64,000 nt of DNA, taken from contig OZ116703.1 of assembly GCA_964199315.1 (NCBI GenBank), forward strand, positions 1,178,001 through 1,242,000. Direction: 5' to 3'. Positions within the stretch are counted from its first letter, which is position 1; every line of letters begins with the position of its first letter. Positions 1-11,020 of the stretch are shown here, one piece after another. Below the pieces are notes generated by a model. The model worked only from the letters and a program-made list of their open reading frames with translations. It ran no database searches and was not told the origin of the DNA. The translations under genes were made by a program, and so were the position numbers. This DNA is from Orbicella franksi (taxonomy: Eukaryota).

Positions 1-1620
1 ACAACAGATTCTGTCGTACTGTCTGTACTTTTTGATGGTAAGATGACTAGAGAAAGTGTTGTTGATTGTTTCGATATAGAAGTGGAAACACTCACTGATA
101 CCCCGGATGATGAAGATGAAACCAAATACGGGACACTTGACGAATCTGATGTTACGACAACAGGTTCTGTCGTACTGTCTGTACTTTTTGATGGTAAGAT
201 GACTAGAGAACGTGTTGCTGATTGTTTCGATATAGAAGTGGAAACACTCACTGATACCCCGGATGATGAAGATGAAACCAAATACGGGACACTTGACGAA
301 TCTGATGTTACGACAACAGGTTCTGTCGTACTGTCTGTACTTTTTGATGGTAAGATGACTAGAGAACGTGTTGTTGATTGTTTCGATATAGAAGTGGAAA
401 CACTCACTGATACCCCGGATGATGAAGATGAAACCAAATACGGGACACTTGACGAATCTGATGTTACGACAACAGATTCTGTCGTACTGTCTGTACTTTT
501 TGATGGTAAGATGACTAGAGAACGGGTTGCTGATTGTTTCGATATAGAAGTGGAAACACTCACTGATACCCCGGATGATGAAGATGAAACCAAATACGGG
601 ACACTTGACGAATCTGATGTTACGACAACAGGTTCTGTCGTACTGTCTGTACTTTTTGATGGTAAGATGACTAGAGAAAGTGTTGCTGATTGTTTCGATA
701 TAGAAGTGGAAACACTCACTGATACCCCGGATGATGAAGAGGAAACCAAATACGGGACACTTGACGAATCTGATGTTACGACAACAGGTTCTGTCGTACT
801 GTCTGTACTTTTTGATGGTAAGATGACTAGAGAACGTGTTGCTGATTGTTTCGATATAGAAGTGGAAACACTCACTGATACCCCGGATGATGAAGAGGAA
901 ACCAAATACGGGACACTTGACGAATCTGATGTTACGACAACAGGTTCTGTCGTACTGTCTGTACTTTTTGATGGTAGGATGACTAGAGAACGGGTTGTTG
1001 ATTGTTTCGATATAGAAGTGGAAACACTCACTGATACCTCGGATGATGATGATGATGATGATGAAGCCAAAGACAGGACACTTGACGAATCTGATGTTTC
1101 GACAACCGATGCTGTCGCAATGGCTGTACTTTGTGATGGTAAGATGACTAGAGGACGCGTTGCTGATTGTTTCGGTATGGAAGTGCAAACACTCACTGAT
1201 ACTTCGGATGATGATAATGATGATGATGAAGATGACGAAGCCGAAGACGTGACTCTTGACGAAACCGATGTTACTACAACGGATGCTGTCGTACTGTCTG
1301 TACTTTGTGATGGTAAGATGGCTAAAGAAAGTGTTGCTGACTGCTTCGGTAAGGAAGTGGAAACACTCACTGATACCTCGGATGATGAAGATGAAGCCAA
1401 ATACAGGACACTTGACGAATCTGATGTTACGACAATAGATGCTGTCGCAATGGCTGTATTTTGTGATGGTAAGATGACTAGAGGACGCGTTGCTGATTGT
1501 TTCGGTATGGAAGTGGAAACACTCACTGATACCTCGGATAATGATGATGAAGCGAAAGACGGGACACTCGACGAATCTGATGTTACTACAACGGATGCCG
1601 TGACAATGACCATACTTTGA
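1..1620. repeat. 156-bp coding tandem repeat, about 10 units
   Basis: Units recur at 43, 199, 355, 511, 667, 823 and 979 (156-bp period); diverged copies follow to about 1620 and more weakly to about 1850. Confidence 0.95.
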
Positions 1621-2059
1621 AATTGTGACTCACACACACAACTTGTTGCGGATTGTTTCAATATCGAAGATGAAACATTTACTGATACCTCAGAAGATGA
1701 TGAAACAGAAGGCAGGACACTTGATGGATCTGGTGTTGCGCTAATGCGCACAGTCGTTAGTGTTCTAGTTTGCGATTGTGAGGTACACACACAACTTGTT
1801 CGTGATTTTTTCGATATCGTCGATGAAAAGTTCGCTGGTTCCTCTGATAATGATGATGGAACCGAAGACACACTAGTGTTTGAATCAAATTTTGAGGTTG
1901 TAAATATTGTTGCAACGGCCGTAGGTGGGAGTAGTGTGGGCGACAAAGAGTTTGTTGCTGCTCCACTGCCTGATTGTTTGAATGTTGACGGTGTTACTGA
2001 TGTCTTGGTTGTTAATGAAACAGAAGGCGATACACTGGTTGAATTTGATGTTACTGACC
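1..2059 (-). CDS. Large Ser/Thr-rich mucin-like exon (52-aa repeats), continues beyond window start
   Basis: Minus frame is stop-free from 2057 to the window edge (GSVTSNSTSVSPSVSLTTK...; repeat VVTSDSSSVPYLVSSSSSGVSVSVSTSISKQSTTLSLVILPSKSTDSTTESV). Acceptor tatcttaccttatag|GG at 2060/2059, phase 1. Absent from the ORF track, probably because it has no stop inside the window. Confidence 0.75.
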
Positions 2060-2953
2060 CTATAAGGTAAGATATAAGGAGAGTACTTTAAGAATTGCTT
2101 AAGTTTTAATTAGCTTGATTATTTGTTTGAGTAAATGTTGTGCGGTTTTTAATTGAGTGTCAAACGTAATTCGTAATTGCTTTATTTTTGCATTACCACG
2201 CTTTGTCATTTGTTGAAAAGACCTGGCGCCGCCTAGGTACCCATTCACAGACAGATGCGAAAGCAAAAAGCAATCGCCACTTTGTCGCGGGCGTTTTCCC
2301 ACGTTTGTGGTTGGTTACGCGTAGTTACCTGGGGTTGTCTTTAGTTTATAGTACTGTTTAAATTTGTTAATTGTGACTGGCGGTTGTATTTTCTGCGATT
2401 GGTTTCGCGACACTCAAATGAAAAGATTATGAGCTTCACAGGCTGAGTTTACTTTTAACTTTTAACTTTTAAATCGGCACATATATAGTATTTCGGCACG
2501 GTATCGCAGTGACACTGTTATTTAAATTTAAATCGGATTCTGTATACATTCTTTGACCCAATGATTGAATTTTTTTTTTTACCGAGGGGAAAGATGGTTC
2601 CGACATTTGGAGGCGTGCAAGTCGTCTCCTATATCATAGACTTGCTAGGAGGGCTTCTTTAAGATTAGTAGCTCAGAGTTATACTATTAGCTCGTAATTA
2701 TATTGTCAGCCCAAAATCGTATGTCTTTTTTGGCAAATCGTCTGATTAATTATTAATTCGGATACGATTAAACAGTAATTTGTACAGTTCCCTCCGCAGT
2801 CTACTTCATAGGCAATTGAACTACATTCTAGTTCAACTGGGAATGATTGAATTTTAAAAAAAATTATGTACTGCCAAATTGTTGACTGTTTACAGCCTCG
2901 TCTAATGTTGGCAGGTTGAGGAATGTTTTTAGGAATCTCCGAACTGGTATTAC

Positions 2954-2989
2954 CTTTTCCAAGTTCTAAGAAGTGATTTTGTTGCACAG
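2954..2989 (-). CDS. Candidate 36-bp phase 1-1 exon of the mucin-like gene
   Basis: cctttgcag|CTGTGCAA...GGAAAAG|gtaata encodes VQQNHFLELGK; the phase fits the 2059 acceptor. Could be chance. Confidence 0.25.
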
Positions 2990-3381
2990 CTGCAAAGGCG
3001 TAGGCCTCGTTCACACTACACCGGAGAAATTTGAAAACGCAGTTTTATCTCTGCCTGTTAGGACTACCGTCCAAACTATGGCTGGAGAAATTGTCCACCG
3101 AAAACCTAGCTTTTTGAAAACGCTCTCCAAACATGAGAAATTTGAACGGAAAACACTTTGTAACCGCAGCTTTTCGAAAACGATGACGCCTCGATAACAT
3201 GCATGTGAATAACCCTATTTGCCCAGCAAAGCGGCTTAAATACGCAGTACATGTATATGAAAAACTGTGAACATGGAGGAGAAACTAGTTGGTGCGAAAT
3301 TTTGATTCATTTCCAAAAGGTCAAGAACAGTTGGGTAATTCCTCAGAGGTTGGATATTCCACGGTTTAAATCACCATCCAG

Positions 3382-3609
3382 GGCCGGGTTGTTCGGAAGG
3401 CGGTTAATAAACGCTATTAACCGAAGTGGAATTTTTTCTTGTATACAAATGTTTTTCACTGCTTATGTTTTGTGTATTTTAAGATTATTCAAATTCAAAA
3501 CAGAAGGCCAAACAATAGAAACAGAAAATCTCACCGCGAAGTTACAAAAGTCAAATCAAAATTCTCGCTTAACCTGGGTTAGCTTAATCGGGCTTTGAAC
3601 AACCCGGCC
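3382..3609. mobile_element. MITE, Harbinger-like
   Basis: TIR GGCCGGGTTGTTC / GAACAACCCGGCC; 3-bp duplication CAG at 3379-3381 and 3610-3612. Confidence 0.7.
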
Positions 3610-3726
3610 CAGTGGATTAGTGATGGCAAAACAAACTGGATAGTGCTTTATCCGGTGAGTGGCATTATCCAGCCATTATATTGAACAATTAAGACCTGCT
3701 GCTGAGGAACTCAAGCTGCTCATCTT

Positions 3727-4016
3727 AGATCCCCTCCACACTACGCCCGAGAAATTTAAAAACGCAGATTTATTTCTACGGTTAGGCCTGCCGTCCACAC
3801 TAATCTGTCACGAAAACGGAGCTTATCGAAAACGCTCTTGAAACCGGAGGAATCTGGAAACGTCGGTTTTTCGTTTTCGTGTGGACGGGAAACATTTTGA
3901 AAACGAAGCTTTTCGAAATGTCATTTCCTTGACCGAGTTTTCCTTTAAGCACATATCCAAAATGATCAATGATTGTTGTGTTTTCAAATCCCTCCGGCGT
4001 AGTGTCGGCGAGGCTT
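3727..4016. mobile_element. MITE of the 'CCACACTACGCCGGAG' family (related copies at about 3004-3200 and 63425-63634)
   Basis: Inverted ends ccacactacgcccgag / ctccggcgtagtgtcgg; internal gaaaacg repeats are shared among the three copies. Confidence 0.65.
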
Positions 4017-4761
4017 TATCAATCTTTAGCCTCTCACAACACGGAAAAATATAATCGGCCTATATATCAGAACAGGCTAAATTTGTAAAACCGCTTATCT
4101 GGTTTAATAAATTCTATTTGCCATCCTAAGTTATTTACTCTATCGTTTCCAGGTCTTGAACTTTTGCGTCTGTTATTGCAGTTTGTGACTTACACGAGTG
4201 AGTTTTGTTCGTACCTCATTTTAATGATATAAGCCGCTGATTTTCGAAGGATGATTATTTAGACTTCAATTTTGGCTGTTTATTTTTTGACAGAGTTTTG
4301 GTGTCTGTCCAAGGTCGTTTCACACCCGTGGTTTTCTTCGGACATGCATGAAACAGACATTACTATGGAATTACCGAAATCGTTAGCAGAAATCGCTGAT
4401 GCACTTCATTCTCATCAACTAACCCGGAGCTTTAGACATTCATTGCAGTGATTGATAACCGCATGAAGCACATGGTGTATCGTAGTATATATGGCGTGTC
4501 TCGATCGTGACATGAGACGTGCTTTAGCAAAGATTATCAGATGACCTTCGCCACCACTGTAACTGAAGGACGGTTGTGAATGAATGAAACATGCGTCATA
4601 ACACCATAAAAGGACATTGAAGTTCCGCCATCAGTCTTTCTCAGAATCGATAGTTTGTAAACAACGAGTTTCTCGGAAAAAAAAAAAATTGGGCGTCCTA
4701 ATAGCCCGCGCATTGCACGTGGGTACACGCGAGACCGAGAAGAGGTTCGCGAAGACAGCCC

Positions 4762-5165
4762 CCCGGCGGGGAGTACTCCCAGAAATTGCAAGTTGGGTGG
4801 GGGTGTGCGGCCCACTTCCCAAAACCCTTACCCTATTTATGACCAAAATCTGCGATTTTTGCTACCCTATTTATGACCTGGCCAAAAATTCCATACCCTA
4901 TTTATGGCCGCTGCCGCCGGCACAGTTGCCCTAAAATTAAGTTATGAAGGGCTTTTGTTGACGGTCTTATTGATAATAATGAAAAAGTAGCTTCTTCCAA
5001 GAAACATATCCAAGGCAAGACTTAAGTGCTAAAACCATACCCTATTTAAGACCAAAATGGCCAAAATCGATACCCTATTTATGACCAAAACGGCTAAAAA
5101 ACCCTACCCTTTGGGTCGCACATACCTATATAGCCCATATAAGGGAGTGCACCCCCTTCCCTGGG
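4762..5165. mobile_element. MITE with CCCGG...GGG ends
   Basis: ccccggcggggagtactccc ... gggagtgcacccccttccctggg inverted ends; internal repeated accctatttatgacc. Confidence 0.6.
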
Positions 5166-5237
5166 AGACAGCCGTCATGATCGCAATACTGAACCATAAA
5201 GGTTAAAACGGGGTTAACGGTTAAATAAGCCGAGATA

Positions 5238-5296
<59 letters not shown>

Positions 5297-5297
5297 T
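5238..5297. repeat. (GATA)n microsatellite
   Basis: About 14 uninterrupted GATA units. Confidence 0.95.
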
Positions 5298-5959
5298 GCG
5301 ATTTCTCGCCTTTCAAATTTAGAACTGAGATAGTTTGGAGCCGACCCGTGCAGAGACCTGTAAACTATCGTAGCTCTTTGAATTTGCTACTGCCAAGCTA
5401 GATTTTTCCACCCTAGAAGTTTGAACAGGTGACCAGCGTCTACGTCATAGTTTGAGTAGGTCAAAACATGGGCTGCTCTACTTTGTAGCTATTGTAGATA
5501 ATAAATATGATATGTTAGGCCACGGTTCCAGACAGAAACTATGATACGGATCTCCGTTGCCATTCCGTCCTCCACGCGATCAGCACGCCATTTTACAGTG
5601 AAATAATCAACAAACTTTACCCTCGCAAATCCATTATTTATGAAACAAAAAATCTATGAAAGGTTGTCGAACCAAGTACGCATACTTTCTACTCTGCAAC
5701 AGAGTCAAGGGAATAATATTCTTTGTAAGCGCCACTTATTAACTAAAACCGGCGAACACCCTGGAACTTTCCAGCGGATTCAAAAGGATTTCAAGTGCCT
5801 TTGTTGTGTTTGGAGAAAGCCGTTGTCTTAAAATATCACTTATATAACGATTATAAATAAAATTAAAGTTATGGGAACAGAATAACTTGAATTCTGTCGC
5901 GCCGATTCGGGGGATCCGAAAGTATATTGTAATGGTATCCGTACGATGGCCCAGAAGGT

Positions 5960-6240
5960 TCACAGTTCAGTTGTGAATTTTCACAGTTCAGTTGTGATTT
6001 TTCACAGTTCAGTTGTGAATTTTCACAGTTCAGTTGTGATTTTTGAAACAGTTCAGTTGTGATTTTTCACAGTTCAGTTGTGATTTTTGAAACAGTTCAG
6101 TTGTGATTTTTCACAGTTCAGTTGTGATTTTTCACAGTTCAGTTGTGATTTTTGAAACAGTTCAGTTGTGATTTTTCACAGTTCAGTTGTGATTTTTTGA
6201 AACAGTTCAGTTGTGATTTTTGAAAAACGTTCAGTTGTGA
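5960..6240 (+). repeat. Left subterminal array, 13 units of 21/23 bp (core GTTCAGTTGTGA)
   Basis: Units tttttCACAGTTCAGTTGTGA and tttttGAAACAGTTCAGTTGTGA counted directly. Confidence 0.95.
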
Positions 6241-6410
6241 TTCTCCGTACAGTTCAATTCTGACCTTTTGGAACAAAAGCTCCGCCCTTGGCACTTCATT
6301 CATCATATCCGGGCTTCTACGTCTAGAAAAGGCGGGAGTTTTCGAACTTAGCATAACAGCCATCTTTGAGACGTGGTTATATTTAACGGTGCTCTAGAAG
6401 AAGTTACAAA

Positions 6411-7622
6411 ATGCCGCTACCAGTTTATTCACCATGTATGAATGTGAATGGTGTTTTAGAGGATGACCAGTTGGAATTGATATCGAGCTATTTTAAACAG
6501 GGATACAGCAACTTGGAAATGCTGGAATTTTTAAAACTTCACGGAATAACGATAAGTATATCAACGCTGAAAAGACGACTTCGAACCTTAGGCTTGTCAA
6601 GACGTCCCGCGAATATGCCTCTTGATGAGCTAAAGGGGATCATAGAGAGAGAGCTCGGTGGCAGTGGCTGCTTCGTAGGCTACCGCAGGATATGGGCCAG
6701 ACTGAGAAGGAAAGGATATATGGTAAAGAGAATAACAGTCATGAAACTTTTAAGAGAGCTGGATCCAGAGGGAGTCGAGAGCAGAAAAAGGAAGAGACTT
6801 CGCCGAAGAATATACCATGCAAAAGGGCCCAACTTTGTCTGGCACATCGATGGCTATGACAAACTGAAACCTTATGGATTCTGTGTGCATGGAGCCATCG
6901 ATGGATTTTCAAGGAGGCTAATTTGGCTCGAGGTTGGTCCCACAAATAACAACCCTGAAGTTATCACTAAATTTTACCTTGATGCTGTAAAACAAATCGG
7001 TGGTTTACCGAGAAAAGTGAGATCAGACGACGGAACTGAGAACAGCATGGTTGCTGCAGTACATACATTTCTGAGGTCGAGCCACAGTGACGAGGATGCA
7101 GGTCTTGGGTGTTTTCTCACTGGCAGGTCCACAGCAAATCAGAGGATTGAAGCCTATTGGTCACATCTAGCTAAGGATGGTCCTGGTTGGTGGATTAATT
7201 TTTTTAAAGATCTGCGTGACTTGGGTCTATTTATTGACTCAGATCCAGTTCATGTTGACTGCATTCGATTTTGCTTCATGTCTATTCTAAGAAATGAGCT
7301 ACATCAAGTTGCGGAATTGTGGAATCAACACAGAATATCGTCAAGCAAATTTGGAAACAGCAGTGGTCCTCGGGGACGACCTGATTGCATGTTTTTTCTA
7401 CCTCACCTTTACAATACAGATGACTATACAACGGATGTAGACGAAGATGACCTTCAGGAGTTCTATGATCACTCCACAATGTGCCCGCCTGACTACAGTG
7501 AGGATTTCAAGGAATTTGCTCTGACTATTATGAATGAACATGACTTTCCAGAGCCACACGATGTTAGCTCTGCTCTTGATCTCTATATGAGACTCCTCAA
7601 AGAGGTGGAAAAGTTAACATAA
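6411..7622 (+). CDS. DDE transposase, integrase-core / IS3-like, 403 aa
   Basis: N-terminal HTH-like region (ISISTLKRRLRTLGL; GYRRIWARLRR). Catalytic motifs WHID147G, RSD206DGTEN and NQRIE247; GAIDGFSR strand. Intronless, no stops. Confidence 0.92.
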   Translation: MPLPVYSPCMNVNGVLEDDQLELISSYFKQGYSNLEMLEFLKLHGITISISTLKRRLRTLGLSRRPANMPLDELKGIIERELGGSGCFVGYRRIWARLRRKGYMVKRITVMKLLRELDPEGVESRKRKRLRRRIYHAKGPNFVWHIDGYDKLKPYGFCVHGAIDGFSRRLIWLEVGPTNNNPEVITKFYLDAVKQIGGLPRKVRSDDGTENSMVAAVHTFLRSSHSDEDAGLGCFLTGRSTANQRIEAYWSHLAKDGPGWWINFFKDLRDLGLFIDSDPVHVDCIRFCFMSILRNELHQVAELWNQHRISSSKFGNSSGPRGRPDCMFFLPHLYNTDDYTTDVDEDDLQEFYDHSTMCPPDYSEDFKEFALTIMNEHDFPEPHDVSSALDLYMRLLKEVEKLT

Positions 7623-8603
7623 TTTTTCTCAAAGCATATCCTTCGAACGTGTTCTTCCACAGTTTTGTAACCAAAAGCACGAGCTATTGCCATATTTCAA
7701 ATTGCACCTGTATGTATGAACATTGATTTTCATTACCCCACCCTCTCACTGACAATGTAGAGTCTTTAATGGGATATCTCAGAAGGGAAGACAAGGCAAC
7801 ATCAAAAATTGTCTTCCATCTTACGCTGCAGGGATGGTATTTGATACACTTTTTTAAACTGAGACCTAGATGTGTTTAGTGTCGTGGTTTTCACAAAAAC
7901 AAGAAGAAAACCAATACTAGTAAAATAATCTTCTAGCAGTTTGCCTGGTCTTTAAGCAGCCAACCTGTAATAAGCACTGGGGGGAAATGAGGACACAAAT
8001 TCTATATAATAATAACCATTTATTTAGCAAATGACAAGTGTGTTTTTGTCTACATGTAAGCCACTCTAAATGTTAAGAACCAGAAACGCTAAATACGTAC
8101 ATAACTGGGTTGGTGTGTGAACTGGAATTGACAAACACTAGAACTCAAACACTTATTATGTCAACAACTTAAAGTAAACTTTGACAATTAATTAAACAAA
8201 TTGTCTGGGATCTTAACAAAATGTTGAGTGCATGCTACTTTCCCTAGCCTGAAATCTCAGCATTTTAAAATTTTTCTTGCACAGTCACCTCCTCCCAAGA
8301 CCTCTTATGGTCTACCCTGAAATCAGAACTTCATACCTAAAATACAACAGACTAACACAACATTCTGCCCAGCTTGAAAACACGGCTGACACAGACCTCT
8401 GGTTCTGAGGCTGCCTTAGTTAAAACTACAACAGTACATAGTTGAGAACACACAAAAATAATGGAGATTTTAGGTCATTTCAGACACCAATTTTGTGCAT
8501 TCCAATTAAATAGCCTGTTATTTACAGGGCATGATTCAACCCTTCGACAGTTAGTTTGTGACAGAAAAACATCGATCAAAAACCTAGGCCAGTAGAGTTT
8601 CTT

Positions 8604-10562
8604 TCATATAATATCCATTTCCCAGTTGTCCCGATTAAGAATGTTCATGAAGTCTTCCCTTAATTCCACAAAGTTAGCATATGTGGATGGAATTTCCGAA
8701 AGGGGTCCACAGGTGTGGGCAATGGGTCTTACACTCAAGCCCTCGCACTTAATGAAAGTAACTTCTATCTTCTTGTCAATCATAATATCCATAGCTGTTG
8801 TAAATCGCAAAAATTGTAGGAGTTTTGGCATCTCCAGACCTCTTACAAATCGCTGCAAAAATTTAAATGCATCTCTCTCTCCTTCACTTTGTGGATTTGA
8901 GGTGAGACAAGATAGCACCTTTTTCGTTGTAGCTTTAAGACTATCATAGAAGCCCTCAACGGCTGAAATAGTTTGGAACTGGGGATACTGCTTCAACTGC
9001 TGTACAAAAGGTTGCAAAGATGAAATCATGAGATGTGGTTTCTGAACTAGTTCCTGCTTGGAAATTTCAAGAATGACTTGGCTAAGGTTTTCAATGGTAA
9101 CCACCCTTCTACACTTGAACCTTTCAAGAAAATCAGTAAATTCATCTTCATCATCTGGAAGCTGATTCTTCCTCATAATATCTACAATGAACTCTTCCTC
9201 TACTGGGGATAGGTATTTTGTAAATGAATCAACAAACATGGAATCTGGAACTTGGTTGCCAAAGAGGCAGTAGCATAAAAAAGCTTTTGACAAAAAGGTG
9301 GGAAAATAGGAGACAGACACAAACCCTTTAACTAAAATTCTCCCCACAGCCTCCCACTCCTCAACAAAGTGGTCATGTCTAACAAAGGGAACCCTTTCTC
9401 TCTCTCCTATGGTCATGGAGATGGAAAATTCACTCCAGAATAAAGTGTACACTTCACAAATTACCCCAACACCCACACCTTGTTCAAACTCTCCCTTTTC
9501 ATTAATCACTTTAAAATCAATATTACAGTTCATTACATTTGGGTCTTTAAAATGTTCAATCAATTCAGTTCTTATGCATGATCTGTGAACTGTGAGAACT
9601 CTCTCTGGAAGATCTCTTGATGAAGAGGGACATGGAGAATCCTGCTCTACAGAGCCTTCATCACGACTACAATTCTCTTCATTTGTAAGCCTTGGGTAAC
9701 TGGTTTCATCAGCCACATTGCTATGCGATCCTTCTGCCTCGATTTCAGCCACACCATTTGAAAGAAGTGCTACCCGCCTAGATCTTATTTCATCCATAGT
9801 TAGTAAAACTGGGTTTTCTGGTGTTTCTGGGGTTTCTGTAGTACATGAATTCCCCCCATCAGCGATCCTAGAAAACTCATATTCTCTGTTCTGCTCACAT
9901 CGAATGCATTCTTCACCTTCCAAATACGTACAGCTACATACTGAACAAACAACGTGCTTACCAGCACCTGATGCTACCTGCGAAGTATTCAGGTTGATTG
10001 ACCGTTCAAAATTTTCCTCCTCTGCTTCAAGTTGTGGAAAGAATGTGTCTTGGTGCTGTGATCTTAGATAGAGGTAAGTTGTCGACGGATAGAGACCATT
10101 TTCCTTTAAATAACTTTCAATAGTTCCTTCACCAGGAAATCGAATAATGGCCGTTTGGGTTGTGTCGCAGATATCTAGGAGCATGTCGTCAACAGAGCCA
10201 GCGAAAGCACTTTTCCCGTCAGGGAAAAACAAAGTAGTGGCTTTTTGCTTAAGTTCTACAACTGTGGGAGGTTCCGACGCAGTATAAGCAACGAACCGGT
10301 TTCCGCCACCGTTCTTCTGACGAACTGGAACAAAAACTTCTGACTTCTTGTCGTAATGAATCCAGCGAACTTGGATTCGATGTTCTTTATCGGTCTTTCT
10401 TTTCTTCCCTCTTGACTGACCTCTGATGCGGTCGAGCAATCCAGACAGTCGGCTTACTGTTCGTTGGTTTGGTTCACTGGTCGCTGCTTTAGAACTCGTA
10501 GAGGCAGATTCACCCTGACGTCTTATTTCCTCTCGGACAGTCTGCCTTATTATAGCATCCAT
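8604..10562 (-). CDS. HECT-domain E3 ubiquitin ligase-like protein, 652 aa (transposon ORF2)
   Basis: HECT N-lobe start LTVHRSCIRTELIEHF...GEFEQGVGVGVICEVYTLFW; C-lobe LLQFLRFTTA...RPIAHTC618GPLSEIPSTY with Cys 35 residues from the C-terminus. Upstream CxxC-x9-CxxC cluster. Lies inside the TIRs. Confidence 0.85.
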   Translation of the reverse strand: MDAIIRQTVREEIRRQGESASTSSKAATSEPNQRTVSRLSGLLDRIRGQSRGKKRKTDKEHRIQVRWIHYDKKSEVFVPVRQKNGGGNRFVAYTASEPPTVVELKQKATTLFFPDGKSAFAGSVDDMLLDICDTTQTAIIRFPGEGTIESYLKENGLYPSTTYLYLRSQHQDTFFPQLEAEEENFERSINLNTSQVASGAGKHVVCSVCSCTYLEGEECIRCEQNREYEFSRIADGGNSCTTETPETPENPVLLTMDEIRSRRVALLSNGVAEIEAEGSHSNVADETSYPRLTNEENCSRDEGSVEQDSPCPSSSRDLPERVLTVHRSCIRTELIEHFKDPNVMNCNIDFKVINEKGEFEQGVGVGVICEVYTLFWSEFSISMTIGERERVPFVRHDHFVEEWEAVGRILVKGFVSVSYFPTFLSKAFLCYCLFGNQVPDSMFVDSFTKYLSPVEEEFIVDIMRKNQLPDDEDEFTDFLERFKCRRVVTIENLSQVILEISKQELVQKPHLMISSLQPFVQQLKQYPQFQTISAVEGFYDSLKATTKKVLSCLTSNPQSEGERDAFKFLQRFVRGLEMPKLLQFLRFTTAMDIMIDKKIEVTFIKCEGLSVRPIAHTCGPLSEIPSTYANFVELREDFMNILNRDNWEMDII

Positions 10563-10692
10563 CGTTTAAAAACGCCAAGCACTGCAAAACACAAACTAGA
10601 GGACAACTTTGCCGCCTTCCAAAATGGCGGGAGAAAAACACTCGCCTGTCTCAGTTCCCGTATGTTAAGTTCCAGTCTTTTTCGTCCAACCG

Positions 10693-11020
10693 AAAAATCA
10701 CAACTGAACTGTGAAAAATCACAACTGAACTGTTTCAAAATCACAACTGAACTGTGAAAAATCACAACTGAACTGTTTCAAAAATCACAACTGAACTGTT
10801 TCAAAATCACAACTGAACTGTGAAAAATCACAACTGAACTGTTTCAAAAATCACAACTGAACTGTGAAAAATCACAACTGAACTGTTTCAAAAATCACAA
10901 CTGAACTGTGAAAAATCACAACTGAACTGTTTCAAAAATCACAACTGAACTGTGAAAAATCACAACTGAACTGTTTCAAAAATCACAACTGAACTGTGAA
11001 AATTCACAACTGAACTGTGA
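10693..11020 (-). repeat. Right subterminal array, 15 units of 21/23 bp, inverted relative to the left array
   Basis: TCACAACTGAAC units counted directly. Confidence 0.95.

Noticed and set aside
43-1620. 525-aa acidic protein as the primary gene
   Set aside because: The plus frame is broken by TGA at 1618-1620 while the minus frame is fully open with an acceptor; an antisense shadow of Ser codons is more likely.
5960-6240. CRISPR-like array (also 10693-11020, 13436-13560, 29285-29677)
   Set aside because: No unique spacers and no cas genes; eukaryotic context; the arrays are inverted transposon subtermini.
8626-10071. Plus-strand ORFs 8626-8949 and 9718-10071
   Set aside because: Antisense shadows of the HECT ORF with no motifs.
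8604-10562. Ordinary host HECT gene (G2E3-like)
   Set aside because: Intronless and enclosed by TIRs and a single TSD; no PHD/RING region, so no host symbol was assigned.
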